Positions 13,181 through 25,661 of a stretch of DNA of 64,000 bases are shown here, piece by piece. The notes under the pieces are model-generated. The model saw only the letters and a program-made list of their open reading frames with translations. It did no database searches and was not told the origin of the DNA. The translations under genes and the position numbers were made by a program. The DNA lies in contig OZ024764.1 of assembly GCA_964016885.1 (NCBI GenBank), positions 4,588,001 to 4,652,000 of the forward strand, read 5' to 3'. Source of the stretch: Eledone cirrhosa. Taxonomy: Eukaryota. Every line of letters begins with the position of its first letter. Positions within the stretch are counted from its first letter, which is position 1.

Positions 13181-13501
13181 AATGAGGTTGATGTTAGAGA
13201 GGGCATCCAGCTGTAGAAACCAAGCCAGAATCAGTTCTGTTGAGCAAGACATGGACACCGGACCGGACACTGCCCACAACAGGACAACCCGTCTAACCCA
13301 TGCTTGCATGGAAGAACAAACGTACGTGAAATGGTGATGATGATATTGATGATGATGATGATGATGATGATTTTTATTTTGACATTTAAAGGCATTTTTA
13401 TGGACCACGTCCAATACTCTTGGCAGGTGCTCTAGCAGCGTGACCCCTGCAAATGGCGGGTTACAACTATATATTGACTGTTGTTGTTGTTGTTGTTGTA
13501 G

Positions 13502-13674
13502 GTGTTGGCATGGCCATGCGTACCATGGCCAACATGGCCACCCCGACCCAGGAGATCACAGTGAATGGAGAGGAATGGCACATCAAGACTTCAACTACGT
13601 TTAAGACAACCGAAATCAGTTTTAAGATCTTGGAGGAGTTCGATGAGACAACTGCTGACGGAAGGAATGTAAAG
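13502..13674 (+). CDS. FABP: fatty acid-binding protein (FABP/iLBP family), exon 2
   Basis: ag|GTGTTGGC...GTAAAG|gtgaca, 173 nt, phase 1 to 0, as in canonical FABP genes. Encodes GVGMAMRTMANMATPTQEITVNGEEWHIKTSTTFKTTEISFKILEEFDETTADGRNVK. Confidence 0.95.
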
Positions 13675-13696
13675 GTGACATATCACATTTATTGTT

Positions 13697-13923
13697 CACT
13701 CTCTCTGTCTGTCTGTCTCTCTGTCTATCTCTCTATCTGGCTGTCTCTCTCTCTGGCTGTCTCTCTGTCTATCTCTCTCTCTCTCTCTGTCTCTGTCTGT
13801 CTGTCTCTCTCTCTGTCTATCTCTCTCTGTCTGTCTCTCTCTCTCTCTCTGTCTATCTGTCTGTCTGTCTCTGTCTCTCTGTCTGTCTGCCTGTCTGTCT
13901 GTCTGTCTCTCTCTCTGGCTGTC

Positions 13924-13956
<33 letters not shown>

Positions 13957-14244
13957 CTCTCTCTGGCTGTCTGTCTGTCTCTGTCTCTGGCTGTCTGTCT
14001 CTCTCTGTCTCTCTGTCTCTCTGTCTGACTGTCTCTGTCTCTCTGTCTGTCTATCTCTGTCTCTCTGTCTGTCTCTCTGTCTCTCTGTCTGTCTGTCTCT
14101 CTGTCTGTCTGTCTGTCTGTCTGTCTCGCTCTCTGTCTGTCTGTCTCTCTCTGTCTCTCTGTCTGTCTGTCTCTGTCTCTCTGTCTCTCTGTCTGTCTGT
14201 CTGTCTCTCTCTCTGTCATGTCTGTCTCTCTGTCTGTCTGTCTC

Positions 14245-14275
<31 letters not shown>

Positions 14276-14337
14276 GTCTGTCTGTCTCTCTGTCTGTCTG
14301 TCTCTCTCTCTGTCATGTCTGTCTCTCTGTCTGTCTG

Positions 14338-14368
<31 letters not shown>

Positions 14369-14385
14369 GTCTGTCTGTCTGTCTC

Positions 14386-14420
<35 letters not shown>

Positions 14421-14450
14421 GTCATGTCTGTCTCTCTGCCTGTCTGTCTC

Positions 14451-14485
<35 letters not shown>

Positions 14486-14515
14486 GTCATGTCTGTCTCT
14501 CTGCCTGTCTGTCTC

Positions 14516-14558
<43 letters not shown>

Positions 14559-14583
14559 GTCTGTCTGTCTCTCTGTCTGTCTG

Positions 14584-14614
<31 letters not shown>

Positions 14615-14726
14615 GTCTGTCTGTCTCTCAGTCTGTCTCTCTCTCTGTCTGTCTGTCTGCCTGTCTATCTATCTGTATGAATGTATGTCTCTCTCTGTCT
14701 GTCTGTCTGTCTCTCTCTCTCTGTCT
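13697..14726. repeat. (TCTG)n/(TC)n microsatellite
   Basis: Seen directly. Confidence 0.95.
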
Positions 14727-14742
14727 GGACATAAAATGATGA

Positions 14743-14788
<46 letters not shown>

Positions 14789-15445
14789 AAATGGTGAGAA
14801 GAATACTGCAGGTTGCACATGGATAACATGTTATAAAATGAGTCCCTCATCAGTGATTTGCCAACGATCATAGATATTTCATTGCATTAAAAATCATATA
14901 CCTCACGTTGGTGCAATAATAACTAAATTAAGTTATTAGGACAATTAAATATATATATATATATATATCATCATCATCATCATCATCAGGTTTAGCGTCC
15001 GTGTTCCACGCTTGCATGGGTTTGGACGGGGGTTTTCCCACTTGAGGCAAGAGTGGTTGTCTTGCTCGCATAGGACTGTCTGGCGGGTTTTCTACAGTTG
15101 GATGCCCTTCCTAACACCAACCACATTTACAGTGTGGGGCTGGGAGGTTTTTACCGTGTTGCCTACACGGCCACATTACAGCGTGGACTGTCTGGCGGGT
15201 TTTCTACAGCTGGATGCCCTTCCTAACACCAACTATATATATATATATATATTGTTATACTTGGGGAGGGTCATATCGTTGTAATATTGCCAGAAATAAT
15301 ATCAGAACACACTCACTGTTTGGTTGGTTTTCGCTTCTGTATCTTTTATATCTCCATAGTTAATTTATTTGGCAATCAATGTTTATCATTGATTGACCAA
15401 AGGTTAAACATACAGATATAAATATATATATATATATATATAGTC

Positions 15446-15489
15446 TAACAAAGTTCTTTCGTTGCACATCTGCAACATCATCAGTGCTA
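15446..15489 (-). ncRNA. minimal type I hammerhead ribozyme motif, same family as 4595-4639
   Basis: Minus strand reads TAGCA CTGATGA T GTTGCA gatg TGCAAC GAAA G aa C TT TGTTA. Confidence 0.7.
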
Positions 15490-15576
15490 CTATTATCATG
15501 TTTCCTCCTATTGTGTTGTAATGTTCACACCATTTTTATTTTATTTATTTATTTATTTATTTATTTAGTACCACTG

Positions 15577-16552
15577 ATCAAAATTTCATAGATTCGATAT
15601 TATGTGAGGTAAAGCCTTTACTGTGAAAATACAATAGTATATATAGAGTAATGTAAATGTTATGTGAGATATTATGTGAGGTAAAGCCTTTACTGTGAAG
15701 ATACAATAGTATATATAGAGTAATGTAAATGTTATGTGAGATATTATGTGAGGTAAAGCCTTTACTGTGACAATACAATTGTATATATAGAGTAATGTAA
15801 ATGTTATGTGAGATATTATGTGAGGTAAAGCCTTTACTTTGAAAATACAATAGTATATATAGAGTAATGTAAATGTTATGTGAGATATTATGTGAGGTAA
15901 AGCCTTTACTGTGAAGATACAATAGTATATATAGAGTAATGTAAATGTTATGTGAGATATTATGTGAGGTAAAGCCTTTACTGTGAAAATACAATAGTAT
16001 ATATAGAGTAATGTACATGTTATGTGAGATTATGTGAGGTAAAGCCTTTACTGTGAAAATATAATAGTATATATAGAGTAATGTAAATGTTATATAGAGT
16101 AATGTAAATGTTATGTGAGATATTATGTGAGGTAAAACCTTTACTGTGAAAATACAATAGTATATATAGAGTAATGTAAATGTTATGTGAGATTATGTGA
16201 GGTAAAGCCTTTACTGCGACAATACAATAGTATATATAGAGTAATGTAAATGTTATGTGAGATATTATGTGAGGTAAAGCCTTTACTGTGAAGATACAAT
16301 AGTATATATAGAGTAATGTAAATGTTATGTGAGATATTATGTGAGGTAAAGCCTTTACTGTGAAAATACAATAGTATATATAGAGTAATGTAAATGTTAT
16401 GTGAGATATTATGTGAGGGAAAGCCTTTACTGTGAAAATACAATAGTATATATAGAGTAATGTAAATGTTATGTGAGATATTATGTGAGGGAAAGCCTTT
16501 ACTGTGAAAATACAATAGTATATATAGAGTAATGTAAATGCTAAAGGCTTAA
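15577..16552 (+). mobile_element. piggyBac-like MITE copy with internal 72-bp satellite (~13 units)
   Basis: 72-bp array ending gtaaatgctaaaggc-TTAA, as at 56278-56296. The left unique part is truncated. Confidence 0.7.
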
Positions 16553-16673
16553 TGATGGAACCTGACTCTGGTATTTGAAGCTCCTCAGATATATTCTAAC
16601 ATGTTGATGGTTTATGATCACTAACCTTCCATTAAAGTGTATCTCTCTCTCTTTCTCTCTCCACCCACACCAG

Positions 16674-16772
16674 ACCACCTGTTCGGTTGATGGTAACACG
16701 ATGACCCAGACCCAGAAGGGATCACACGACAGTGTTTTGACCAGGGAGTTGAAAGACGACAAAATGGTTATG
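16674..16772 (+). CDS. FABP: FABP exon 3
   Basis: cag|ACCACC...GTTATG|gtaagt, 99 nt, phase 0/0. Encodes TTCSVDGNTMTQTQKGSHDSVLTRELKDDKMVM. Confidence 0.93.
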
Positions 16773-16791
16773 GTAAGTTTTGGTGAACTCT

Positions 16792-16842
16792 CTACTAATA
16801 CTACTACTTATACTACTGCTACTGTTACTACTACTACCATCT

Positions 16843-16875
<33 letters not shown>

Positions 16876-17018
16876 AAACCATCACCACCACTACTACCAC
16901 CACTACTACTACTACCACTACTACTACTACCACCACCACCACTACTACTACCACCACTACCACTACTACTACCACCACCACCACCACTATTACTACCACC
17001 ACTACTACTACCACCACC
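16792..17018. repeat. (ACT)n/(ACC)n microsatellite
   Basis: Seen directly. Confidence 0.95.
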
Positions 17019-17041
17019 GATTCTGTGAAATGATTTCATTA

Positions 17042-17390
17042 TTACGGGGTCGATAAAATAAAGTACCAGTAATACACTGGGGTAATTGCTGGCCTTGTGC
17101 CTAAAGTAGAAACAATTATTATTTATTTCATTATTACTTATTTAATTCTGAGTTAACTTTGCCTTTCATCCTTACGGGGTCGATAAATTAAAGTACCAGT
17201 AATGTACTGGAGTAATTGCTGGCCTTGTGCCTAAAGTAGAAACAATTATTATTTATTTCATTATTACTTATTTAATTCTGAGTTAACTTTGCCTTTCATC
17301 CTTACGGGGTCGATAAAATAAAGTACCAGTAATGTACTGGGGTAATTGCTGGCCTTGTGCCTAAAGTAGAAATGATTATTATTTATTTTA
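17042..17390 (+). repeat. 130-bp tandem repeat (~2.7 copies) of a Nin-domain-like SINE 3' segment
   Basis: ttacggggtcgataaa recurs at 17042, 17172, 17302. gcctttcatccttacggggtcgataaaataaagtaccag also occurs in single copies near 24220, 34095-34230 and 42720-42910. Confidence 0.8.
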
Positions 17391-17461
17391 TTTATTTATT
17401 AATAATAATGATACTAATATCTGTTTCATTAACTCTCACTCTCTTTTGTCTCCCACACCAG

Positions 17462-17515
17462 GTCCTCAATGTTGCTGATATTGTGTGTACAAGAATCTAC
17501 AAACGCGTTGAATAA
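17462..17515 (+). CDS. FABP: FABP exon 4 (last coding exon)
   Basis: cag|GTCCTC...GAATAA, 54 nt including the stop. Encodes VLNVADIVCTRIYKRVE*, with the conserved R-x-Y ligand-binding motif. Confidence 0.95.
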   Translation, partial: VLNVADIVCTRIYKRVE

Positions 17516-17598
17516 GCCATCACACCCTTATCACAACTCCGCTGCAGAGAATTAAGGGGAAAGGGGTTCTTTTTTTTAGATACTTACAAACTCTTTAA

Positions 17599-17604
17599 AA
17601 TAAA
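17599..17604 (+). promoter_or_regulatory. candidate polyadenylation signal of FABP
   Basis: AATAAA about 85 nt after the stop codon; usage not verifiable here. Confidence 0.4.
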
Positions 17605-17651
17605 AGACAGTCCTGAAACTAACTCTTAACATCTTGTACCTCATGAAACCA

Positions 17652-18438
17652 CAGTAAAGTTACTATAAACATTTAGTACAAAACAACACTATGACTACAT
17701 CACATTAAATATTAAAGTCTTTACTGTAATACTGTAAATGTTCACAACAATCTGTCTACCAGTAAAGATACTATAAACATTTAGTACAAAACAACACTAT
17801 GACTACATCATATTAAATATTAAAGTCTTTACTGTAATACTGTAAATTTTCACAACAATCTGTCTACCAGTAAAGATACTATAAACATTTAGTACAAAAC
17901 AACACTATAACTACATCACATTAAATATTAAAGTCTTTACTGTAATACTGTAAATGTTCACAACAATCTGTCTACCAGTAAAGATACTATAAACATTTAG
18001 TACAAAACAACACTATGACTACATCACATTAAATATTAAAGTCTTTACTGTAATACTGTAAATGTTCACAACAATCTGTCTACCAGTAAAGATACTATAA
18101 ACATTTAGTACAAAACAACACTATGACTACATCACATTAAATATTAAAGTCTTTACTGTAATACTGTAAATTTTCACAACAATCTGTCCACTAGTAAAGA
18201 TACTATAAACATTTAGTACAAAACAACACTATGACTACATCACATTAAATACTAAAGTCTTTACTGTAATACTGTAAATTTTCACAACAATCTGTCCACC
18301 AGTAAAGATACTATAAACATTTAGTACAAAACAACACTATGACTACATCACATTAAATATTAAAGTCTTTACTGTAATACTGTAAATTTTCACAACAATC
18401 TGTCCACCAGTAAAGATACTATAAACATTTAGTACAAA
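17652..18438. repeat. 108-bp tandem repeat, ~7 copies
   Basis: cagtaaagatactataaacatttagtacaaaac recurs every 108 bp. Confidence 0.92.
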
Positions 18439-19150
18439 CATTTGAATTAACAAACCTGTTTTTAAATATTTTCTGCTAAACATTTACAGGATGTTAAGAG
18501 TTGTTCAGCATTATTTTTTTAAAAAACTAATGAACAGTCTATCCTCCAGCCCTACCCTTTACCACAATTTGGCTAAGATATTCCCCCACCATGGAGGGAA
18601 GCGATGGTGCAGCATGGGGGAGAGATTGGGGGAGTAACTGCAGCAGTCCCTCATTCACCCAACGACAGATTTTTTAACAATTTTTTGGGGGGAATAATTC
18701 CTTTTTTAAAAACGTTTTTTATTCATTTTTTTTCTCAACTTTGACCACCCACGCCCACCCCTCACCCATCTCCCCCACACAGACCAAAGAGTCCCATCTT
18801 CTGAGCCCCACCCATGCCGCTACCATCCCCCTCGCCCACGACCCAACATGCTTTGTTGGGGACACCACCGATCAAAGAGACACTCCCACCCCACCTCGAA
18901 TATCACCTGGGCCTACGTGACCCCGCGACCACCTCTTGGCTCCCTCGTCTCTAAGGGGGAGGCAGTATTTGGGGAGGTTGTAACGCCCTCGCTGACAGCC
19001 CCACCCCACCCACCACCACCACCATCATCACCTCCATCACCCTTGTCTCTCAAGGAAATGTCAACGGTGGTGGTGGTGGTGGTGGTATTCAAAAATGTTA
19101 ATTAATAAATTTGAAGAATTATGTTTGTTTTATTTTATTTTTTATTTTAT

Positions 19151-22100
19151 GGGAGGTAGGTGTAAAAGACAAACTCCCTATCTTCAGTTCAGTAATCAGA
19201 AGAAGGGAGGTAGGTGTAAAAGACAAACTCCCTATCTTCAGTTCAGTAATCAGAAGAAGGGAGGTAGGTGTAAAAGACAAACTCCCTATCTTCAGTTCAG
19301 TAATCAGAAGAAGGGAGGTAGGTGTAAAAGACAAACTCCCTATCTTCAGTTCAGTTATCAGAAGAAGGGAGGTAGGTGTAAAAGACAAACTCCCTATCTT
19401 CAGTTCAGTTATCAGAAGAAGGGAGGTAGGTGTAAAAGACAAACTCCCTATCTTCAACTCAGTAATCAGAAGGGAGGTAGGTGTAAAAACCAAACTCCCT
19501 ATCTTCAGTTCAGTAATCAGAAGGGAGGTAGGTGTAAAAACCAAACTCCCTATCTTCAGTTCAGTAATCAGAAGAAGGGAGGTAGGTGATAAAAACCAAA
19601 CTCCCTATCTTCAGTTCAGTAATCAGAAGAAGGGAGGTAGGTGTAAAAGACAAACTCCCTATCTTCAGTTCAGTAATCAGAAGAAGGGAGGTAGGTGTAA
19701 AAGACAAACTCACTATCGTCAGTTCAGTAATCAGAAGAAGGGAGGTAGGTGTAAAAGACAAACTCCCTATCTTCAGTTTAGTAATCAGAAGAAGGGATGT
19801 AGGTGTAAAAACCAAACTCCCTATCTTCAGTTCAGTAATCAGAAGAAGGGAGGTAGGTGTAAAAACCAAACTCCCTATCTTCAGCTCAGTTATCAGAAGA
19901 AGGGAGGTAGGTGTAAAAGACAAACTCCCTATCTTCAACTCAGTAATCAGAAGAAGGGAGGTAGGTGTAAAAACCAAACTCCCTATCTTCAGTTCAGTAA
20001 TCAGAAGGGAGGTAGGTGTAAAAGACAAACTCCCTATCTTCAACTCAGTAATCAGAAGGGAGGTAGGTGTAAAAACCAAACTCCCTATCTTCAGCTCAGT
20101 TATCAGAAGAAGGGAGGTAGGTGTAAAAGACAAACTCCCTATCTTCAACTCAGTAATCAGAAGAAGGGAGGTAGGTGTAAAAACCAAACTCCCTATCTTC
20201 AGCTCAGTTATCAGAAGAAGGGAGGTAGGTGTAAAAGACAAACTCCCTATCTTCAACTCAGTAATCAGAAGAAGGGAGGTAGGTGTAAAAACCAAACTCC
20301 CTATCTTCAGTTCAGTTATCAGAAGAAGGGAGGTAGGTGTAAAAACCAAACTCCCTATCTTCAGTTCAGTAATCAAAAGAAGGGAGGTTGGTGTAAAAAC
20401 CAAACTCCCTATCTTCAGTTCAGTAATCAGAAGAAGGGAGGTTGGTGTAAAAGACAAACTCCCTATCTTCAACTCAGTAATCAGAAGAAGGGAGGTAGGT
20501 GTAAAAACCAAACTCCCTATCTTCAGTTCAGTAATCAGAAGGGAGGTTGGTGTAAAAGACAAACTCCCTATCTTCAACTCAGTAATCAGAAGGGAGGTAG
20601 GTGTAAAAGACAAACTCCCTATCTTCAGTTTAGTAATCAGAAGAAGGGAGGTAGGTGTAAATGACAAACTCCCTATCTTCAGTTCAGTAATCAGAAGAAG
20701 GGAGGTAGGTGTAAAAACCAAACTCCCTATCTTCAACTCAGTAATCAGAAGGGAGGTAGGTGTAAAAGACAAACTCCCTATCTTCAGTTTAGTAATCAGA
20801 AGAAGGGAGGTAGGTGTAAATGACAAACTCCCTATCTTCAGTTCAGTAATCAGAAGAAGGGAGGTAGGTGTAAAAGACAAACTCCCTATCTTCAATTCAG
20901 TAATCAGAAGAAGGGAGGTAGGTGTAAAAACCAAACTCTCTATCTTCAACTCAGTAATCAGAAGGGAGGTTGGTGTAAAAACCAAACTCCCTATCTTCAA
21001 CTCAGTAATCAGAAGAAGGGAGGTAGGTGTAAAAGACAAACTCCCTATCTTCAACTCAGTAATCAGAAGAAGGGAGGTAGGTGTAAAAGACAAACTCCCT
21101 ATCTTCAGTTCAGTAATCAGAAGAAGGGAGGCTGGTGTAAAAACCAAACTCCCTATCTTCAACTCAGTAATCAGAAGAAGGGAGGTTGGTGTAAAAGACA
21201 AACTCTCTATCTTCAACTCAGTAATCAGAAGAAGGGAGGTTGGTGTAAAAACCAAACTCCCTATCTTCAACTCAGTAATCAGAAGAAGGGAGGTAGGTGT
21301 AAAAGACAAACTCCCTATCTTCAGTTCAGTAATCAGAAGAAGGGAGGCTGGTGTAAAAACCAAACTCCCTATCTTCAACTCAGTAATCAGAAGAAGGGAG
21401 GTTGGTGTAAAAGACAAACTCCCTATCTTCAGTTCAGTAATCAGAAGAAGGGAGGTAGGTGTAAAAGACAAACTCCCTATCTTCAGTTCAGTAATCAGAA
21501 GGGAGGTAGGTGTAAAAACCAAACTCCCTATCTTCAGTTCAGTAATCAGAAGAAGGGAGGTTGGTGTAAAAGACAAACTCCCTATCTTCAACTCAGTAAT
21601 CAGAAGAAGGGAGGTTGGTGTAAAAGACAAACTCCCTATCTTCAATTCAGTTATCAGAAGAAGGGAGGTAGGTGTAAAAGACAAACTCCCTATCTTCAGT
21701 TCAGTAATCAGAAGAAGGGAGGTAGGTGTAAAAACCAAACTCCCTATCTTCAGTTCAGTAATCAGAAGAAGGGGGGTAGGTGTAAAAACCAAACTCCCTA
21801 TCTTCAGTTCAGTAATCAGAAGAAGGGAGGTAGGTGTAAAAACCAAACTCCCTATCTTCAATTCAGTTATCAGAAGAAGGGAGGTAGGTGTAAAAGACAA
21901 ACTCCCTATCTTCAGTTCAGTAATCAGAAGAAGGGAGGTAGGTGTAAAAACCAAACTCCCTATCTTCAATTCAGTTATCAGAAGAAGGGAGGTAGGTGTA
22001 AAAGACCAACTCCCTATCTTCAGTTCAGTAATCAGAAGAAGGGAGGTAGGTGTAAAAACCAAACTCCCTATCTTCAACTCAGTAATCAGAAGAAGGGAGG

Positions 22101-24061
22101 TAGGTGTAAAAACCAAACTCCCTATCTTCAGTTCAGTAATCAGAAGAAGGGAGGTAGGTGTAAAAACCAAACTCCCTATCTTCAGTTCAGTAATCAGAAG
22201 GGAGGTAGGTGTAAAAGACAAACTTTCTATCTTCAACTCAGTAATCAGAAGAAGGGAGGTAGGTGTAAAAGACAAACTCCCTATCTTCAGTTCAGTAATC
22301 AGAAGGGAGGTAGGTGTAAAAGACAAACTCCCTATCTTCAGTTCAGTAATCAGAAGAAGGGAGGTTGGTGTAAAAGACAAACTCCCTATCTTCAACTCAG
22401 TAATCAGAAGAAGGGAGGTAGGTGTAAAAGCCAAACTCCCTATCTTCAATTCAGTTATCAGAAGAAGGGAGGTTGGTGTAAAAACCAAACTCCCTATCTT
22501 CAACTCAGTAATCAGAAGAAGGGAGGTTGGTGTAAAAACCAAACTCCCTATCTTCAGTTCAGTAATCAGAAGAAGGGAGGTAGGTGTAAAAGACAAACTC
22601 CCTATCTTCAACTCAGTAATCAGAAGAAGGGAGGTAGGTGTAAAAGACAAACTCTCTCTCTTCAACTCAGTAATCAGAAGAAGGGAGGTAGGTGTAAAAA
22701 CCAAACTCCCTATCTTCAACTCAGTAATCAGAAGATGGGAGGTAGGTGTAAAAACCAAACTCAGTAATCAGAAGAAGGGAGGTAGGTGTAAAAACCAAAC
22801 TCCCTATCTTCAATTCAGTTATCAGAAGAAGGGAGGTTGGTGTAAAAACCAAACTCCCTATCTTCAACTCAGTAATCAGAAGAAGGGAGGTTGGTGTAAA
22901 AACCAAACTCCCTATCTTCAGTTCAGTAATCAGAAGAAGGGAGGTAGGTGTAAAAGACAAACTCCCTATCTTCAACTCAGTAATCAGAAGAAGGGAGGTA
23001 GGTGTAAAAGACAAACTCTCTTTCTTCAACTCAGTAATCAGAAGAAGGGAGGTTGGTGTAAAAACCAAACTCCCTATCTTCAACTCAGTTATCAGAAGAA
23101 GGAGGTTGGTGTAAAAGACAAACTCCCTATCTTCAACTCAGTAATCAGAAGAAGGGAGGTAGGTGTAAAAGCCAAACTCCCTATCTTCAACTCAGTAATC
23201 AGAAGAAGGGAGGTAGGTGTAAAAACCAAACTCCCTATCTTCAATTCAGTTATCAGAAGAAGGGAGGTTGGTGTAAAAACCAAACTCCCTATCTTCAACT
23301 CAGTAATCAGAAGAAGGGAGGTAGGTGTAAAAACCAAACTCCCTATCTTCAATTCAGTTATTAGAAGAAGGGAGGTAGGTTTAAAAACCAAACTCCCTAT
23401 CTTCAGTTCAGTAATCAGAAGAAGGGAGGTAGGTGTAAAAACCAAACTCCCTATCTTCAATTCAGTTATTAGAAGAAGGGAGGTAGGTTTAAAAACCAAA
23501 CTCCCTATCTTCAATTCAGTTATCAGAAGAAGGGAGGTAGGTGTAAAAACCAAACTCCCTATCTTCAATTCAGTAATCAGAAGAAGGGAGGTAGGTGTAA
23601 AAGACAAACTCTCTATCTTCAACTCAGTAATCAGAAGAAGGGAGGTAGGTGTAAAAGACAAACTCTCTATCTTCAACTCAGTAATCAGAAGAAGGGAGGT
23701 TGGTGTAAAAACCAAACTCCCTATCTTCTGATTACTGAGTTGAAGAAGGGAGGTAGGTGTAAAAGACAAACTCCCTATCTTCAACTCAGTAATCAGAAGA
23801 AGGGAGGTAGGTGTAAAAGACAAACTCTCTCTCTTCAACTCAGTAATCAGAAGAAGGGAGGTTGGTGTAAAAACCAAACTCCCTATCTTCAACTCAGTTA
23901 TCAGAAGAAGGGAGGTAGGTGTAAAAGACAAACTCTCTATCTTCAACTCAGTAATCAGAAGAAGTGAGGTAGGTGTAAAAGACAAACTCTCTATCTTCAA
24001 CCCAGTAATCAGAAGGGAGGTAGGTGTAAAAACCAAACTCCCTATCTTCAGTTCAGTAATC
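19151..24061. repeat. 54-bp (51-bp variant) minisatellite, ~90 copies, with an internal hairpin
   Basis: Unit gggaggtaggtgtaaaagacaaactccctatcttcagttcagtaatcagaagaa. Confidence 0.95.
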
Positions 24062-24328
24062 ACTGTCTTCAATTCAGGGTCTGTGCAACCCCTACCTATG
24101 GTCATGAATCTTGGGTAAAGACCAAAAGAATGCTATCGCGAAGACAGTATGCCGACCATGCTAATGTTTTTGAAACACATTTTGAACGGAGAACAAAGTT
24201 GATAAATCTACGCCATTGCATTACTGGTACTTTATTTTATCGTCAACACCCATGAGAATGAAAGGCAAAGCTAACCTTGGCGGGATTTGAACTCAGATCA
24301 TAAAGGGCCGTAATTCGATGCTACAAAG

Positions 24329-25661
24329 CATGAGATATGGCTCATCATTAGGTGGGCCACATGAGATACAGCTCATCATCAGGTGGGCCACATGAGATAT
24401 GGCTCAGCATCAGGTGGGCCACATGAGATATGGCTCATCATCAGGTGGGCCACATGAGATACAGCTCATCATCAGGTGGGCCACATGAGATATGGCTCAT
24501 CATCAGGTGGGCCACATGAGATACAGCTCATCATTAGGTGGGCCACATGAGATATGGCTCATCATTAGGTGGGCCACATGAGATATGGCTCATCATCAGG
24601 TGGGCCACATGAGATATGGCTCATCATTAGGTGGGCCACATGAGATATGGCTCATCATCAGGTGGGCCACATGAGATACAGCTCATCATCAGGTGGGCCA
24701 CATGAGATATGGCTCATCATTAGGTGGGCCACATGAGATATGGCTCATCATCAGGTGGGCCACATGAGATATGGCTCATCATTAGGTGGGCCACATGAGA
24801 TATGGGTCATCATCAGGCAGGCCACATGAGATATGGGTCATCATCAGGTGGGCCACATGAGATATGGGTCATCATCAGGCAGGCCACATGAGATATGGGT
24901 CATCATCAGGTGGGCCACATGAGATAGGGCTCATCATCAGGTGGGCCACATGAGATACAGCTCAGCATCAGGTGGGCCACATGAGATATGGCTCATCATT
25001 AGGTGGGCCACATGAGATATGGCTCATCATCAGGTGGGCCACATGAGATACAGCTCAGCATCAGGTGGGCCACATGAGATATGGCTCATCATTAGGTGGG
25101 CCACATGAGATATGGCTCATCATCAGGTGGGCCACATGAGATATGGCTCATCATCAGGTGGGCCACATGAGATAGGGTTCATCATCAGGTGGGCCACATG
25201 AGATATAGCTCATCATCAGGTGGGCCACATGAGATCGGGCTCATCATCAGGTGGGCCGCATGAGATATAACTCATCATCAGGTGGGCCACATGAGATAGG
25301 GTTCATCATCAGGTGGGCCGCATGAGATATGGCCCATCATCAGGTGGGCTACATGAGATATGACTCATCATCAGGTGGGCCACATGAGATATGGCTCATC
25401 ATCAGGTGGGCCACATGAGATAGGGTTCATCATCAGGTGGGCCACATGAGATATAGCTCATCATCAGGTGGGCCACATGAGATCGGGCTCATCATCAGGT
25501 GGGCCGCATGAGATATAACTCATCATCAGGTGGGCCACATGAGATAGGGTTCATCATCAGGTGGGCCGCATGAGATATGGCCCATCATCAGGTGGGCTAC
25601 ATGAGATATGACTCATCATCAGGTGGGCCACATGAGATATGACTCATCATCAGGCGGGCCG
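24329..25661. repeat. 31-bp minisatellite, ~43 copies
   Basis: Unit catgagatatggctcatcatcaggtgggcca. Confidence 0.95.

Noticed and set aside
1-13500. FABP exon 1
   Set aside because: No G-x-W-x-L...NF(D/E)xY-type exon was found by eye; it probably lies upstream of the window.
14840-14860. CTGATGA on the minus strand as a hammerhead (also near 28900)
   Set aside because: No stem II/GAAA follows.
19095-24105. 1381-aa and 1065-aa ORFs
   Set aside because: They are translations of a stop-free 54-bp tandem repeat, open in several frames on both strands, with no domain or splice context.
24329-25661. Array of CTGATGA plus hairpin on the minus strand as tandem hammerheads or a CRISPR array
   Set aside because: There is no GAAA or stem III, no unique spacers, no cas genes, and the context is eukaryotic.
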